Shown: positions 29,422 to 43,200 of the stretch, in pieces
Position numbering within the stretch: position 1 is the stretch's first letter
Layout: each line of letters opens with the position of its first letter
Assembly: GCF_964355755.1 (NCBI RefSeq)
Contig: NC_092679.1
Coordinates: 22,861,432-22,925,431 of the forward strand
DNA: 64,000 nt
Origin: Antedon mediterranea
Taxonomy: Eukaryota; Animalia; Echinodermata
Reading direction: 5' to 3'
Made by a program: the position numbers and the translations under genes
The notes under the pieces: model-generated
Databases searched by the model: none
What the model saw: only the letters and a program-made list of their open reading frames with translations
Told to the model about the DNA's origin: nothing

Positions 29422-31043
29422 GGTAGCTATCAGAACATACTGCTTGCCGCTTATATTGCTAGAAAAGATACCGCTCGTGTATTTGGTGGGATTTTGTTGT
29501 TGGTAAAAGTTCATTTCTAATTATATCTTAGATGAAAAAAATGATGAAAAGAAGAAAATCCCATTTCAATAAAGAAATCAATTTCAATTGAATTACAGCA
29601 TCATAAAATGGTACATTACCATGGCATAATATAATTCTATTAGACTATAATTAATTTTAAGACTACTGCACTTTTGTAAAAAAAAAACCTTGAATGGGAA
29701 TCAACTGTAAACGTTAATGTAATTAGGGGATAAAAACACCAACAAGTTGTTTCCAATTTTTTTAAACAGTAATGGGGAAAAGGGAGGGTATTGAAGTAAC
29801 TCCTAATAAGTCATTATGGTTGTTGAAGCAGTCTCTTACTTTCTCTTCTCAACTCTTTCTCATTTACTAAACCAAAATAAATGTAGAGTTCACCAAAATG
29901 AAACATTTTAGAAAGTTGTAACTCAAATGACCAAACTTCTGTATCGGAGTGCTTCAAAAACATGTAATCTGCTTCTCTAATGTAACTGACTTGTGCTAAT
30001 TTAATTTTTCAATATGGCAATGTCAAGAAAAAATTGTACCTTACACAAACCTATTTCAAACGCTCAATACAAAACTAACTTATTCAAGGTGACTGCATCT
30101 ACTTGAATTTTTCAATATGACAAAGAAGAAATATAAAAATAAATATAAAGAAGAAGACTTGCTAATCTGAGGTCACTTATTACTAATTACCTAATGATTT
30201 TACTAACATTTATAGATGGGTTAAAAGAAAACAACAGCTGCATAAAAAAAAAAAAAATTATTCAATTGAAAAGACAAACACAAATGTATAAAGCTAAAAA
30301 TAACATTGGACAGAAAATGCAATTTACAAAAATATTACCAGAATTATTGATAACTCTAAAGGAATAACAATTATATTATATACATTTTTTAAAGACTAGC
30401 ATACATACAGATACTGTATGTAATTGCACAGCTGTGGCTACCTGTACAATAATGTAGCATTTCTGAATTTTAGTCCATTGCACACATCTATGTGAAAGAT
30501 TCAGTTTTTAAAAACTTTGGACGTATTAATTTTAATAAATTGGATTTTTTAACAAAATAAAAGGATTGACAACAAAATTTGTCACTGTGCGGACAGGCAT
30601 TAAGTACATCCCATAACAAACAACGAAATCTCACCTCAACCCATCATGTTTCTATCCAGATCCAACTGGACGCACATCAATGCACAGGCTTAGCACCTGG
30701 CTTCAGGATTGTGAGATTTTGTTGCAATTGAATTAGCAATAACTATTATGTAAACTTTATCAAATGAATTGTGCCGTTTATCAACGTATTCAAATTGCGC
30801 TACCTTATGGGAGCATGGGAGTCGCAATTAATGAGTGTGTTCAAACGGCACAAACATTTTTATTTTACCAATGTTAATTCCACATGTACACAACGGTTAC
30901 ATCAAAATACCTACAGTACTGTATACACCATGAATACCACAAGAGTATCACAGGCGTACCACAAACAAGCAGCATTTTCCTCTGGTAGTAACATACTTGA
31001 TCATTACAGTATTACCGTTACTTTAAATCTACTTTAGCCAACT

Positions 31044-31294
31044 TCAACTGTCATTAACAAGATCTCTGAGAGCTTTCTGTTGTCTTGGCGGCAAACTTGT
31101 GGAGTGTTGGAACAAGCTATCCCCCATTAGTGAGTACAGAGTCTTAGCTAAGGTGTTGGTCGCTTCTCGGATATTACCTGTGCCACCGTGAACAGCGCCT
31201 GAACCAGACATGTTGCTGAGCAAATGTCCGAGAATGGGCACGATGAAGCGGATGACAGGCTGCTGTTTCCTAGGCCACACCATAGAGCTCAAAT
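31044..31294 (-). CDS. TOGARAM1: TOGARAM1 last coding exon (LSSMVWPRKQQPVIRFIVPILGHLL...NDS-stop)
   Basis: ttgtag acceptor in phase 1; TGA at 31044-31046; resembles the TOG4 C-terminal helices. Confidence 0.9.
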
Positions 31295-34200
31295 CTACAA
31301 GATAAAAATATGTAATTTATTATGAGTAGGGTTGACTCAGTTTAAACTCTTCTACTGTAGATAAGTTTAACCTAGTTTTAACCGTAGCAAAACAGAAATT
31401 AAAACAATTTGATGTAAAGAACCGTGACTTAAAGCTTGTAGATACATTATATAAAAGTTCAGGGTTTTAACTTTTATAGCATGTCATCGCGACCTAACTT
31501 GGAAGTCATGGTGGCTGTGGTACTCAATAACTTATTTATGCATTCAAAAACTCTTACTGTATACTTTTAAATTAATTAGAACATCTTCAATAACTTGCTA
31601 CATGATTAAAATTAATTCATCTTTAATATTAGGTAGTATTAGTATATATTGTTTGGTGTTTGTCTTTGTAAATTTCATTTTTATTATTAGTACAGTAGAG
31701 CCTCTATTAAGGGGACACTTTTTTGACCAAAAAAGGGCATACTGTATGACCCCTTAATAGCGGTTTCCATAATGACAAAATCAATATTTTCCCTTTGTTG
31801 GATTCACTGGAAATGGTCTATGAATAGAGATGTCCCAACGGAGGGAATCTACTGTATCAGATATTGTGTAAATCTTAGTAAAATCTCCGGTACAAAATAA
31901 CTCTTTAGATAATTTTAGGTCAATCTCATGGGAAAAATTCCCTTTAAATGGGTGTTCCCTGTATAGAGATAGGTGTCCCCAGTATAGAGATAGGTGTCCC
32001 CTGAATAGAGGTCCTCCAACCAAGGAGATCTACTGTATATGTATTGTACAGAGCTTGTGTAAATCTTAGTAAAATCTCCAGTACCAACTAACTCTTTAGA
32101 TAAGTTTAGGTCAATCTCATGGGAAAAATTCCCTTTAAAAGGGTGTTCCCTGTATAGAGATAGGTGTCCCCAGTATAGAGATAGGTGTCCCCAGTATAGA
32201 GATTAGGTGTCCCCAGTATAGAGATAGGTGTCCCCAGTATAGAGATAGGTGTCCCCAGTATAGAGATTAGGTGTCCCCAGTATAGAGATTAGGTGTCCCC
32301 AGTATAGAGATAGGTGTCCCCAGTATAGAGATAGGTGTCCCCAGTATAGAGATTAGGTGTCCCCAGTATAGAGATTAGGTGTCCCCAGTATAGAGATTAG
32401 GTGTCCCCAGTATAGAGATAGGTGTCCCCAGTATAGAGATAAGTGTCCCCAGTATAGAGATTAGGTGTCCCCAGTATAGAGATTAGGTGTCTCCAGTATA
32501 GAGATTAGGTGTCCCCAGTATAGAGATAGGTGTCCCCAGTAAAGAGATAGGTGTCCCCAGTATAGAGATAGGTGTCCCCAGTATAGAGATAGGTGTTCCC
32601 AGTATAGAGATAGGTGTCCCCAGTATAGAGATAGGTGTCCCCTGAATAGAGGTCCTCCAACCAAGGAGATCTACAGTATATGTATTGTACAGAGCTTGTG
32701 TAAATCTTAGTAAATCTTCAATCCCACTCTTATGATCATCCACAGTCACACAACAATTGCTTTTGTAAAATAAATCTGAGACTGGACAATTTGAAAAAAC
32801 AAACTGTTATACGCTACTTAAAATATTAGGTGATATACTTAAAATATTAGGTGATATACCTTAAAAAACAAGTCTACTTTTAAAACAAACACATAATGAG
32901 TAAGATTATAGTGTTGTATTCCCATATGATGTAGTGTACATTTTTTTCTATTTGTCAGACGGTATCAATGTCGGCTTCTGTACACAATACGTCTTCGTAT
33001 TCCCTTTACAAACTCACGTCTCTCAACCTTCGCATAATTCATTAAAGCGTAATATCGCTATTTTGCCAGACAAGTTATTCATTGAGAACTCAACAACAAC
33101 GTATCAGCATATTTCAATCATAGTAACGAACTCTTACTTAGTGTGTATTCGCATTAGCACACAAGATATCACATATCATATGATCAATTTGCTGTATACA
33201 GAATCAACATACACTTAGCGTTCGTCCACACACACAAACGTGAAACACAATAACAATAAGCCAACCATGATGGAAACCTAACTATTCGTTAAAACCGATA
33301 ATAAACATTCAGATTTCATACTAAATGACACATTCTTTTACGACGACGATCACCCATGTGTTTAATATTCGTACACTACGGTCAATCGCGCAGTTGTAAA
33401 TGCGTTAAATATTTATAGTTGTAGAAGTAGTATTTGAAAAGCTTTGTCAATTCAGCTGCTGCCTTTTCATGATTCATGCTATAAAGTAAAGCTACAATTA
33501 ACTATGTGAACAGTAAAATAATCTTCAATTACAACATACACTCTTTTACAACAAGGATTTGCAATGACATATCGAAAGCTATCTATCATGTTTCATGTTT
33601 GAATTAACAACATCAGCAAGAATATTATCCTTACTATAGTTGGACCTCTAATTAATGACCACATTACAATCAGGTGGTATACAGTAGAACCTCTAATAAA
33701 AGGACACTTTTAAAAGTAGATAATCTGCAATGCAACATACATTCTTTTACAATAAGAATTTGCAATGACATATCAAGAGCTATCCATCATGTTTCATGTT
33801 TGAATTTACCAACATCATCAAGAATTTCTAACCTGCTCTAATTACTGACCACATTACAGCCATTCATTACTACAGTTAAACCTCTAATTATTGATCACAT
33901 TAAAATGAGTTAAAGATTACATTAAACCCTCTATTAGGGGAAACTTTCAGGATCTAACAAAGTAACCACTCAATAGAGGTGTTGCTCAAATATGGGTTGG
34001 CTGTAGTGTTGTTGAAAAAAATTGCCCAACAGAATTTCTGAGATGTCGTTCAAAGGTTTAAGATTTTGCAAGAAAAATACTGTACTATATCAATTCTAAT
34101 ATATATTTATGCTATGAATTAAAGAATAATAGTTTAAAAAATAGTTATTTCTGTTTTTCTATATTGGTTTAATTATCTTTAATAAAATGAAAAGTGGGGG

Positions 34201-37200
34201 ATGGATTGGCGGAGGGAACTTTTTAAGTCTCTGAGCAGCCAGTCAGATTAACTGGCTGGTCATTGTTACTGGAAGAAGTGCTTTTTGTAACTTCCATGAC
34301 TATACGGTTATTTTTGTGCTCCGGAAGAATGACTTCGCTGGTTTTACCAAGCCGGAAAGTCTAATGAAAGGTAAGTCGGTGAGTATACAGTAGATAGTGC
34401 ATTTCATTATATTCCCTGTTTTTATCAAGTTCTTATCAATATCTTTATAGATATCCTAAACTGTATTACGATGTCAACATGTTATACATAAGGTAAATTG
34501 ATGAGACTTATCCCTCTTCTGCAGCGAGCACACTAATGAAATCCACATGACATCAATCATGTCTAGCATACTGTATGTACCAATAACTTAGCAGAATTAT
34601 CATTTTTCAAGGTAACATTTATAAAATATATATTTGGTATTGAGGTTTTCAGAAAATGACTGTGTTACCATATATTTCATTCACACTCACAGGCAACATT
34701 CCATACATATGCCAAAACTTAGCAGAATTATCATTTTTTAAGATATACATAATTTGTATTAATTTATATTTTGGTATTTGGGTTTTCAGAAAATGATTGC
34801 ATACATTTCATTCACAAGCAACATTTACATTCCATACACGTTCCAAAAACTCAGAATTATCATTTTTTAAGGCCAATTTTTACAAAATATATATTTGGTA
34901 TTTAGGTTATAATTAAATATCTGTGTTACCAAACACAGCTCATATTCATAAACAACATTCACATTCCATTGCATTGCACTCAATATCGGCCAACATATGG
35001 AATATTCCACAGGGAAGGAATGGATGTGTTTAATTCCAATAATTTCTCCGCTGACTGGGATAATCAGGTGAACTACCTAGGGGTTTTATACCCTAATGTT
35101 GTCAGCAATAGAACACTATAATTATACCGTCAACATGTCTGGAGTATTTACAGTGATTGTCCCAATGCCACAGCAATGTTATTAATACTCTCTAGAGATA
35201 TTTATTCAGAAATACAATTATCTTTTCTACACTATGAATGATACTCTATATTGGATTTGTCTATAATAATTTGTTTATTATTAATGTTGTGTGCTATATA
35301 ATACAAAAAAAATGGCTTTCTGTACTGCAAATAAAAGTTATGGAAACTTTGTAAAAGAAAAAGTTTTTTTCCAAATGTGGTTTGGTTTAGTTCTTCTATT
35401 ATTTAATATAGACAATAATAACTAAATATTAACATGTTGCCTAGAATTTAGACATTTATTAGACAAGTTCTGACATATAGAACATTGTGACTTATTTATC
35501 ATGATCTATCATCATACTAAATTCAGCTTGATAGAGAGAAACCGTATCATATGATCTATGCTAATGAGATGTTTTAATGCATAAAGCTGGGCCAATAGGG
35601 TTACACGCAAAATCAATCAAATGCTGATTGGTTGATTCTATCTCATTAATTAATTAATTAATCACGTTAAACTAGGTTAACCAAGTTTCTGCAGCGTGCT
35701 TCACTAGATCACGTTAGGGTAGGCTGATCATGTTTGATAATTTTACGTTCACATGATCAGTGGAATCATCACCACCAGTGAATGTGAACCTACCTATTGA
35801 GTTTTGTATCAAAAAAATTGTGTACTTCTAATGCAATTAGATATGCTAAGTATAGAAACGCTCTTTATTGGCTGCCATTCTTCAAACATTAAAAAAACGA
35901 GTCTAACAATTTGATTATTTTTCAATATTACTCCTCCTGCTCATTTCTATATAATTATCTTCTCTTACAGCTTCTTAGAATGACCCTTAATTTTGTGTAC
36001 TGTACGTTTTTTTATGAAAGCCAATGAGTTGTAGATAGGAATATTTTGTAATTGCCAAGAAAACATAACTGAAATTTTATTCCACTAGGATCTAATTCTA
36101 ATCAAAATATTTCCCCTTCAACGAACTATACTCCCCAACGGAATCATAAAAAAAGTAACAAATATCAATCTATCATCACCAAGCTACTAACGTCCTGCGC
36201 TCTTACATCAATTCACATTAATTCGGTAAGTCATTGAAATGTAAAAAAATCAATGACCGCTCAACACACCACACGACTAACAAGTCTACACAGAAAATCA
36301 ACCAATAAACCAATCATCTCAAAGTTACGCAAAAAAAAATAAAACTTGTCGGAATGAATTTTTTAAAAGTCAATTTCATCAGGCAAATTTACAAAAAAAA
36401 AATGGTTACTTTGCCGAGTATTTTCAATTTCTACTTATCTTAATGCTTGGTTTCATTCAACTCAAATTCCTCTCATCAAGGTTTTCAATTCAAAGAAAGC
36501 TTTTGGGAATTATCAAAGTGATGCCTGGACCTTTTAATCATTCTTGGTTACAGATCTTGAAAGCATTGCAAAAAAATGATGCTGATTAGGCAGGTTTTTT
36601 AACGGAATGAAAAATAGTAATTTTGGCATGTTTTTAAGAAAGAACTAGGTCAAATAAGAGAGACGTATGTAAATTACAAGTTTTGGCTTTTTAGACTTTA
36701 AAATTTAGAAACAAAATTGCAAGTTTTTCTACTTTCTATTCAATGACTTGGTAATATAAATTGTATATATTTTGTATTTTAAAAGTGAACCATTAATATC
36801 AGATCCATTCTATGTCTACTGGTTATTTTCTCTATCAAAGATAAATATAGTATTCTTGCTAGGGCGCTACATATCACACGACTGCTCAAATAATCCATCG
36901 CTTGTGATTGGTCAAATTAATTTGCGATATATTACGTCTTGCGTTGCGCCCTAGTGGGAATCAAGCTTTAGAGGATTGCTTAACACTGTCTGTGTGAAAA
37001 CAGCTTTAAAAATAAAATAATTTTTAATACCATGCATGCTGTATTGTTCAAAGGCTTCAGAGTGTGGAAGAAAAATATGTGTTTTGTTTATTTAATGAAT
37101 TGCCCATTTATGTATATTTGTTATGTTTTAAGTGCCATGTAAAACAATCTAATTCATTAATTGGTAAAAGCTAAAATAAATCACAAAATGTAAAATACAA

Positions 37201-40200
37201 AAATTTGAAACAATAATAATAAAAAGAGGCCATAACAAATTAAGGTATAAAAGCATTTATTACAATATTATATAAATTTTGATTAAAAGGCCTTCAAGGA
37301 GAAACTCTGAGAAGCTTTCTACATTAAATACTTTTAGCAAACTTTGCACGTAGACAAACCTATTTATTTAATCAACGAGGGAAAAATCAAACAAATTGCA
37401 CAGAATCTAAAATTTTGTGCAAAAAAGAGAAACAAATTTATAGAAAGACAACTGTTTTTGTTATAAAGGTTTTATGGTAATGTACAGTACCTATAGAGGA
37501 AATGGCAAACAGACGTCTCTGATTGTAATGGGTAGAATCTTAATAACTGTTGGGGCTGCTAATTTTCCTATGGTAAATGTACACAGAGAAAATGGGGTGT
37601 TCTCAATGTTTTTATATTGAAAGATTTGTTATAATTATTGTCTTACTAGCTCCAAAGAAAGAATATAGTGTTCTTGAAAGTTTAGTATTATTCTATTCGT
37701 TTACTTTCTTCATTTAAAAAAAATGTTGTATTTATTTATTTGTGTATGTTTGTTCAGATGAAGCCATCCCTACTAAATACTTTACGCATGAAATGAACAA
37801 AGGGTAATATCTATTTTATTTATTTTAGCCTCCCCCTTCTATATTAAGGGTTTAGCCTCCTCCCCCCATAACCACCCCCCCCCCCCCTTCTTCTATATTA
37901 AGGGTACTACTGGGTTATAAAGTTGTCTCCTTAAAAAAACGGCCAACCCTATTCAGGCGACACCCATATAAAAGGAAACCTTTGACACATACATATAGGA
38001 TTATTCATGTTCAAAGTTTAAAAAATGCGTTGCTGACTGTCCAAGAAAATCATATTTCAATTTGTCTTACTTTACATTACAATCACTTAAATTAAGTAAC
38101 TGCTTTAAAACAAGCGGTAAGTGATTTTCTAATGAATTCAAAACTATATAACAGAAGTGAATTTGTTTGATTTGATAACGTGTCCACATTAACAGCTTTT
38201 AGAACGTCTTCAAAAACGTAATTAAGTTAGAACCACACTTCTCAATTTGAAATTTATTGAATTCTAATTGATTATAATTAAACATGAAAATCTTCTCCTT
38301 GTCAATTAACAGAGACGTGTATACATAGTTAAAATTTTAACTACTAGCCATGATGGAGCCTTTGTAATACTGCTATTGAGAGAGACGGATAGATTTATTA
38401 AGGATTCTATACTACGGGTTTGAGATTTAATTTACCCTTTACTCAGACTGACCAAGTGGCCATTTTCACCAATGTAGAGAAATATTACAAACAAATCTCT
38501 TTTCTAAATGGATACCTTTTAGGAAAATATTAAAATATTTATTAATTTTAAACAATCACAGCACTGAAAAAAATTAGTGTCACCTTAATAAAGTGTTTCC
38601 TTAATATTTTTTTCATGAGAAAGTGTCCTTTTAATAAAAGGTGCATTTTAATAAGGTTTGGCCGGTAGAGTTAAAACATTGAACTCTGTTGGTTACACAG
38701 ACCAATTTGAGCCTGAATAGGGTCTCTCGAAGGAAGGGATACTGCAGTATATTTTTCTAAAGCTCTGTCTACACTATCAAACTAGTTTGACAAAAAGTGT
38801 GATGTGACCAAGTATGGTAGTGATATGCCTAAATATGGTGGTGATACTAGCCTTTATATGGTGTCTTGTGTGGGCTCTACTGCAGTATAGACAAAAGTTT
38901 TTAAACAAAGCCAGTATTAAAGTAAAACAATATAAAAGAAAAAAATAGAAAAAATAGTTATACAGATAAAGTGGTCATTCAAAAAGGGAACCTTATGAGA
39001 ATTGGTCAGAAGCAAACATCAATTTGTCATCTATTACTTTTCTAATTGGAAATCTAAAATAGCTATAAATACTACATAGAAAGCGTTGTAAAATGCTTCT
39101 TGCATTTTGAATGTCAGCAATGTTTTTCTGAAGCGTCTTAAAACGAACCGCTCTCCCTATAGTCTCCTAATGTTGAACCGGTAGCTTACGTTCATTTAAA
39201 TTAAACAGTTGAGTTAAAAAATAAAACAAGAGAACTCTACAATGTCCGCGGTTGTAGTTATACAGTACATACAGTACTAGGCATATAGTTTGTATGTTAA
39301 ATACAAGAGCTTAAAATCATAAATTTAACAGACTACTTGAATAAAATATAAAAAAAAGAATTTTACAATATCTGCCTTTGTAACTATTTTTAGGCCTACA
39401 GTACCAGTTGAAAGTTAAATAAAACAACAGCTTTAATCATCTTAATTTGGAAATTTAAAATAAAATATAATACCCCTTTTACACCGCCGAGCTTATAACA
39501 AAACCGTGTCGTGTCCGGATAAATTTCCTTTTCACACCTGATTCATAACACGGGAATGACACGGGTTGCGTGTATTTACACTGCAAAATACCAACCCGTG
39601 TAAATGTTCTATATCAATCTAAATATCGCCCTCTCACGCATGAAGAGACACCAGAGTAACGGTCTGCTCATTATACCTCCCACAATTTTGTTTTATGGCA
39701 ATACACACACAAATTAAGTCTACTCGGGAAGAATAATATCTTGAAATAAAAATGAATAATAAATAACCATACGTTTTATTTATTAAATAAGCAAAGAAAC
39801 AAAATCAATCTTATCTTAATTCTATGTAAATTAAATACTATAGTGAGCGAGGATAGTAAACAAACGGGTAAAGAAACGCTGAGCGTTTTACACCGCAAAC
39901 ACGGGTCGATCCCGGGTGCGTCCCAGGTTGACTTGACGCTGAATACATTCTGTATCACTTACCCGGGTGGTTCAGCGACCCAGGGTAACTTTTTACGTCG
40001 TTTACACTGGCCTACATTTCCGCATTTTTGCATCCCGGGTACGACTAGGGTTATACAATTCCGGATCAACTCCGCATTTTTACTGGCGGTGTAAAAGGGG
40101 TATAAAACAAAAGAAATATACGATTTCTTTTGTTTTATACCCCTTGGCCAATAATTTGGAAAGTTAGATGACCTTGTAAAGCAACATAGCAGTGGTCTAG

Positions 40201-43200
40201 TACTAGTAGTTAAGATACTATGTAAAAGACATTTTCAGTTTTTTAATTTTTTTCAAAATAGAATTATACATTGCTATGTTTTAATTTAAAAACAGATTGC
40301 CTCAGGAGTGATTATTAAAAAAAAATGTCAAATTGTCAGACAATGGGTATTTGGTCAAATCTAACCATTTATCTAAATTCATCATTATTTATTACGGAAG
40401 TGAAAAATGTTATTAAAACTACAAAATGTCCTATTCAAAGTCTGATTTTATCTTCATTGTTCATTGATGGAAAATATTTGATTGTATGCAAATGACACTC
40501 TGTTAGAAAATCAAATATTGAAGCAAAAAAAAAAAATCCATTATAAAGTATTATGCGCAAGTTTATGTATGTCAAAGCCTTTTATACAAATATATCCACA
40601 TCATTAGCTTTTAGAAATCGAGATTGAAGTTTACATTACATATGAAACCGCCCGAGGTTTTAAAACCAACGACCAATTGAATTTAAAAGAGTTTTTCGGA
40701 ATATGAAATGCATAATGTTGCAATGAAAGATGCTTTAAATCATAACCTTGGCCTATAAATCATAATAAAAATATGTACATAAGATTCATAGTTTATTTAT
40801 TCCAATATTTCATACAAATGTAGGTTTTTAACTACTGTAAAACCTCGAAAAAAAGCCCATGGAATGAGATTACTTTTGCAAACCACAGAGGGGGGCTTCT
40901 TTTAGAAATGGGCTTATTTTTTAGGTTTTTACAAAATACTAATATCTTAGGAGGAAATTCTAGTTTACACACTGTAAATACCAGGAACCAAAATATTACA
41001 CATTGTAAACTGATTTTAACTGGTACCTGTTGACTGGAAAGTTGTCAATACCAGTTTAAACCAGTTAAAACAAGAACAAAATTAAAATCATTTTTAAATA
41101 GTTTTTGGTTGTATATTTTGACCCGTTAAAGTTGTATCATTGATGGCAGAAAAGAGCATACAGCGTTGGGGACAGAAACCATAGCCATGAAATCGGTATA
41201 GGTTCAAGGTTATCCTTAACCACAGATAAATAAGTCTTCTCAAATACAGACTAAAAACATATCACCCAGTAAATTTTTACAGCGGTGTACTGATCCATCT
41301 AAGCCCCTTTCAATCAGTGGTACAATAGGTACTAAACTGCCATGGTCTCTGGAAGACCTAACCTAAATTTCCTCAGGTGAGGATGAATAAAACGAACAAC
41401 TTACCACTAAGTTTTTTGATCATAGGTGGTTTGACACGAGTATTGCCGTACTCAGTTGCATTACAAAATGGTTGAACTAACACAGGTGGATCTAAGTAAA
41501 ACAATTAAAGTTTAATAATGATTAAACATTCACATTTAAATCAAACACCTATAACCCAAGTAATCCAAGTCTTTGTCTTTATGCCTCAAGAAAAATTGGA
41601 AATTATTCCATCGCAAGCTATAAAGACAAGTAGGATCACTGTTCCATGTGGTTGCCCTTTATTTACATAATAAGATGTCCCTTTAATAGTGTTCTACTGT
41701 ATACTGGAGACCACACAATGCATTGGTAACTTCTTCATTATATAATGCATGCAATTTAAATTAAACACAATGTATATTTTTTGTGTTTTCCCTGATTGTG
41801 TATGTCTGTTTTTAGTCGTGTGGACGCGACTCTATAGTTCACTATGTCGGTCGGTCGGTCGGTCTGTCGGTCGGTCCGGTATCACTATGCGTTTTAGCAC
41901 GCGACTTATGGCTGTTGGCCTTGTTAATGATAGCTTTTACATATTTATATCGACATGTATAATTGTTAAACTTCAATTTGTTAAATCATGTTGAAATAAA
42001 GAATATGATATGAGATGTAGTAGATATAGTATAATAGTACTAACCCATATACTTCATAAGTAGATCTAAGATTTCTGAGCTGGTTTTTGCTATGCTGCTA
42101 TTCTTGGATGCTAAGTTACTTGCCAACGCTGGGGCTACTCTTTGGATCACTGCCGGAAGATATTCAGCCAGTCTGGGAACGATCTCCTCCATCGTCTGGA
42201 GAGCTTGGACGTTCACTTTACTATTGGGGTCTTGTAAACGAAGTACAAAGGCATCAAATACCTAAAAAAAAAAAAAAAATCATTAAAGACCATTAAAAGG
42301 CAGTTTTGAGATCGTGTTATCTGCTATTGAATAATAATTTTGTATTTATCTACCAGTTTTAGCATCTTTTAATCACCAACCACAGTGCAGTAGCCACAAG
42401 AAAAAAAGTGGGGTTTGTAAGATGATAAAATTTACCCTGATATAAAGGCACATTAGGGTGAGTGGTCCATTATATTTGTACTTGGATATAAAAATGGTGG
42501 TGTGGAAGACACTGTGGAGCCTGTATGATAATTACCTTCACAATATTGGACGTGATAATATCAGGATTTTCAACGCATAAGTCCTGCAACGTCTGAATTC
42601 CTTTCAGTCGGACCATCCACTCCGTAGATGACAAGTTTTTATGTAACATCTTTATACTTTCAGCATATTGCTCCTCGACCTTTCCTGACCTCCGGCCCTT
42701 CTTGACAGAGGATGACGGAGGTGTGGTTTGAACGTCTGATGAAGCGGAAGAGACCTTTTCTCGACTGTTTGAACTTGAGTTTAAGCGGCTGTTTGATACG
42801 CCCCTCTTGGCTCGCGCTGACGGAGTGTCTGACGGTTTATCTCCCATACCCTATAGAAAAAAAAAATTAACACAATATTTTATATACCAAAATATCACTT
42901 TAATGGTTGCTACAAAGTTTGGTTTGTTTATATCAATATGCATCAGAACTAAGAAAAAGAACAATAAATGTTTGTAGTATATTTTTAAGTATTTTGAAAT
43001 GTACAAAATATATGGTACACACACCAGCATTGGCCAAAACACTGACTATGACAACTATTAATCATCTGACCTCACAATAAACCAATTTCAGCGATAAAAT
43101 TTTAACATACTACCTTGAGAGGAGGACACATGGAACATTGGATGAGTTTAAATATTCTTTATGTACAATAATTCAAAAAACTTATAAAAAAAATTATAAT

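Noticed and set aside
32152-32640. CRISPR-like array and repeat ORFs (YWGHLSL, GTPISIL)
   Set aside because: Head-to-tail repeats with no unique spacers, eukaryotic intron, no cas genes; the ORFs are by-products of the 21-bp unit
41267-41358. Additional or alternative TOGARAM1 exon
   Set aside because: Has a stop in the required phase-1 frame, and the flanking exons already join without a gap in homology
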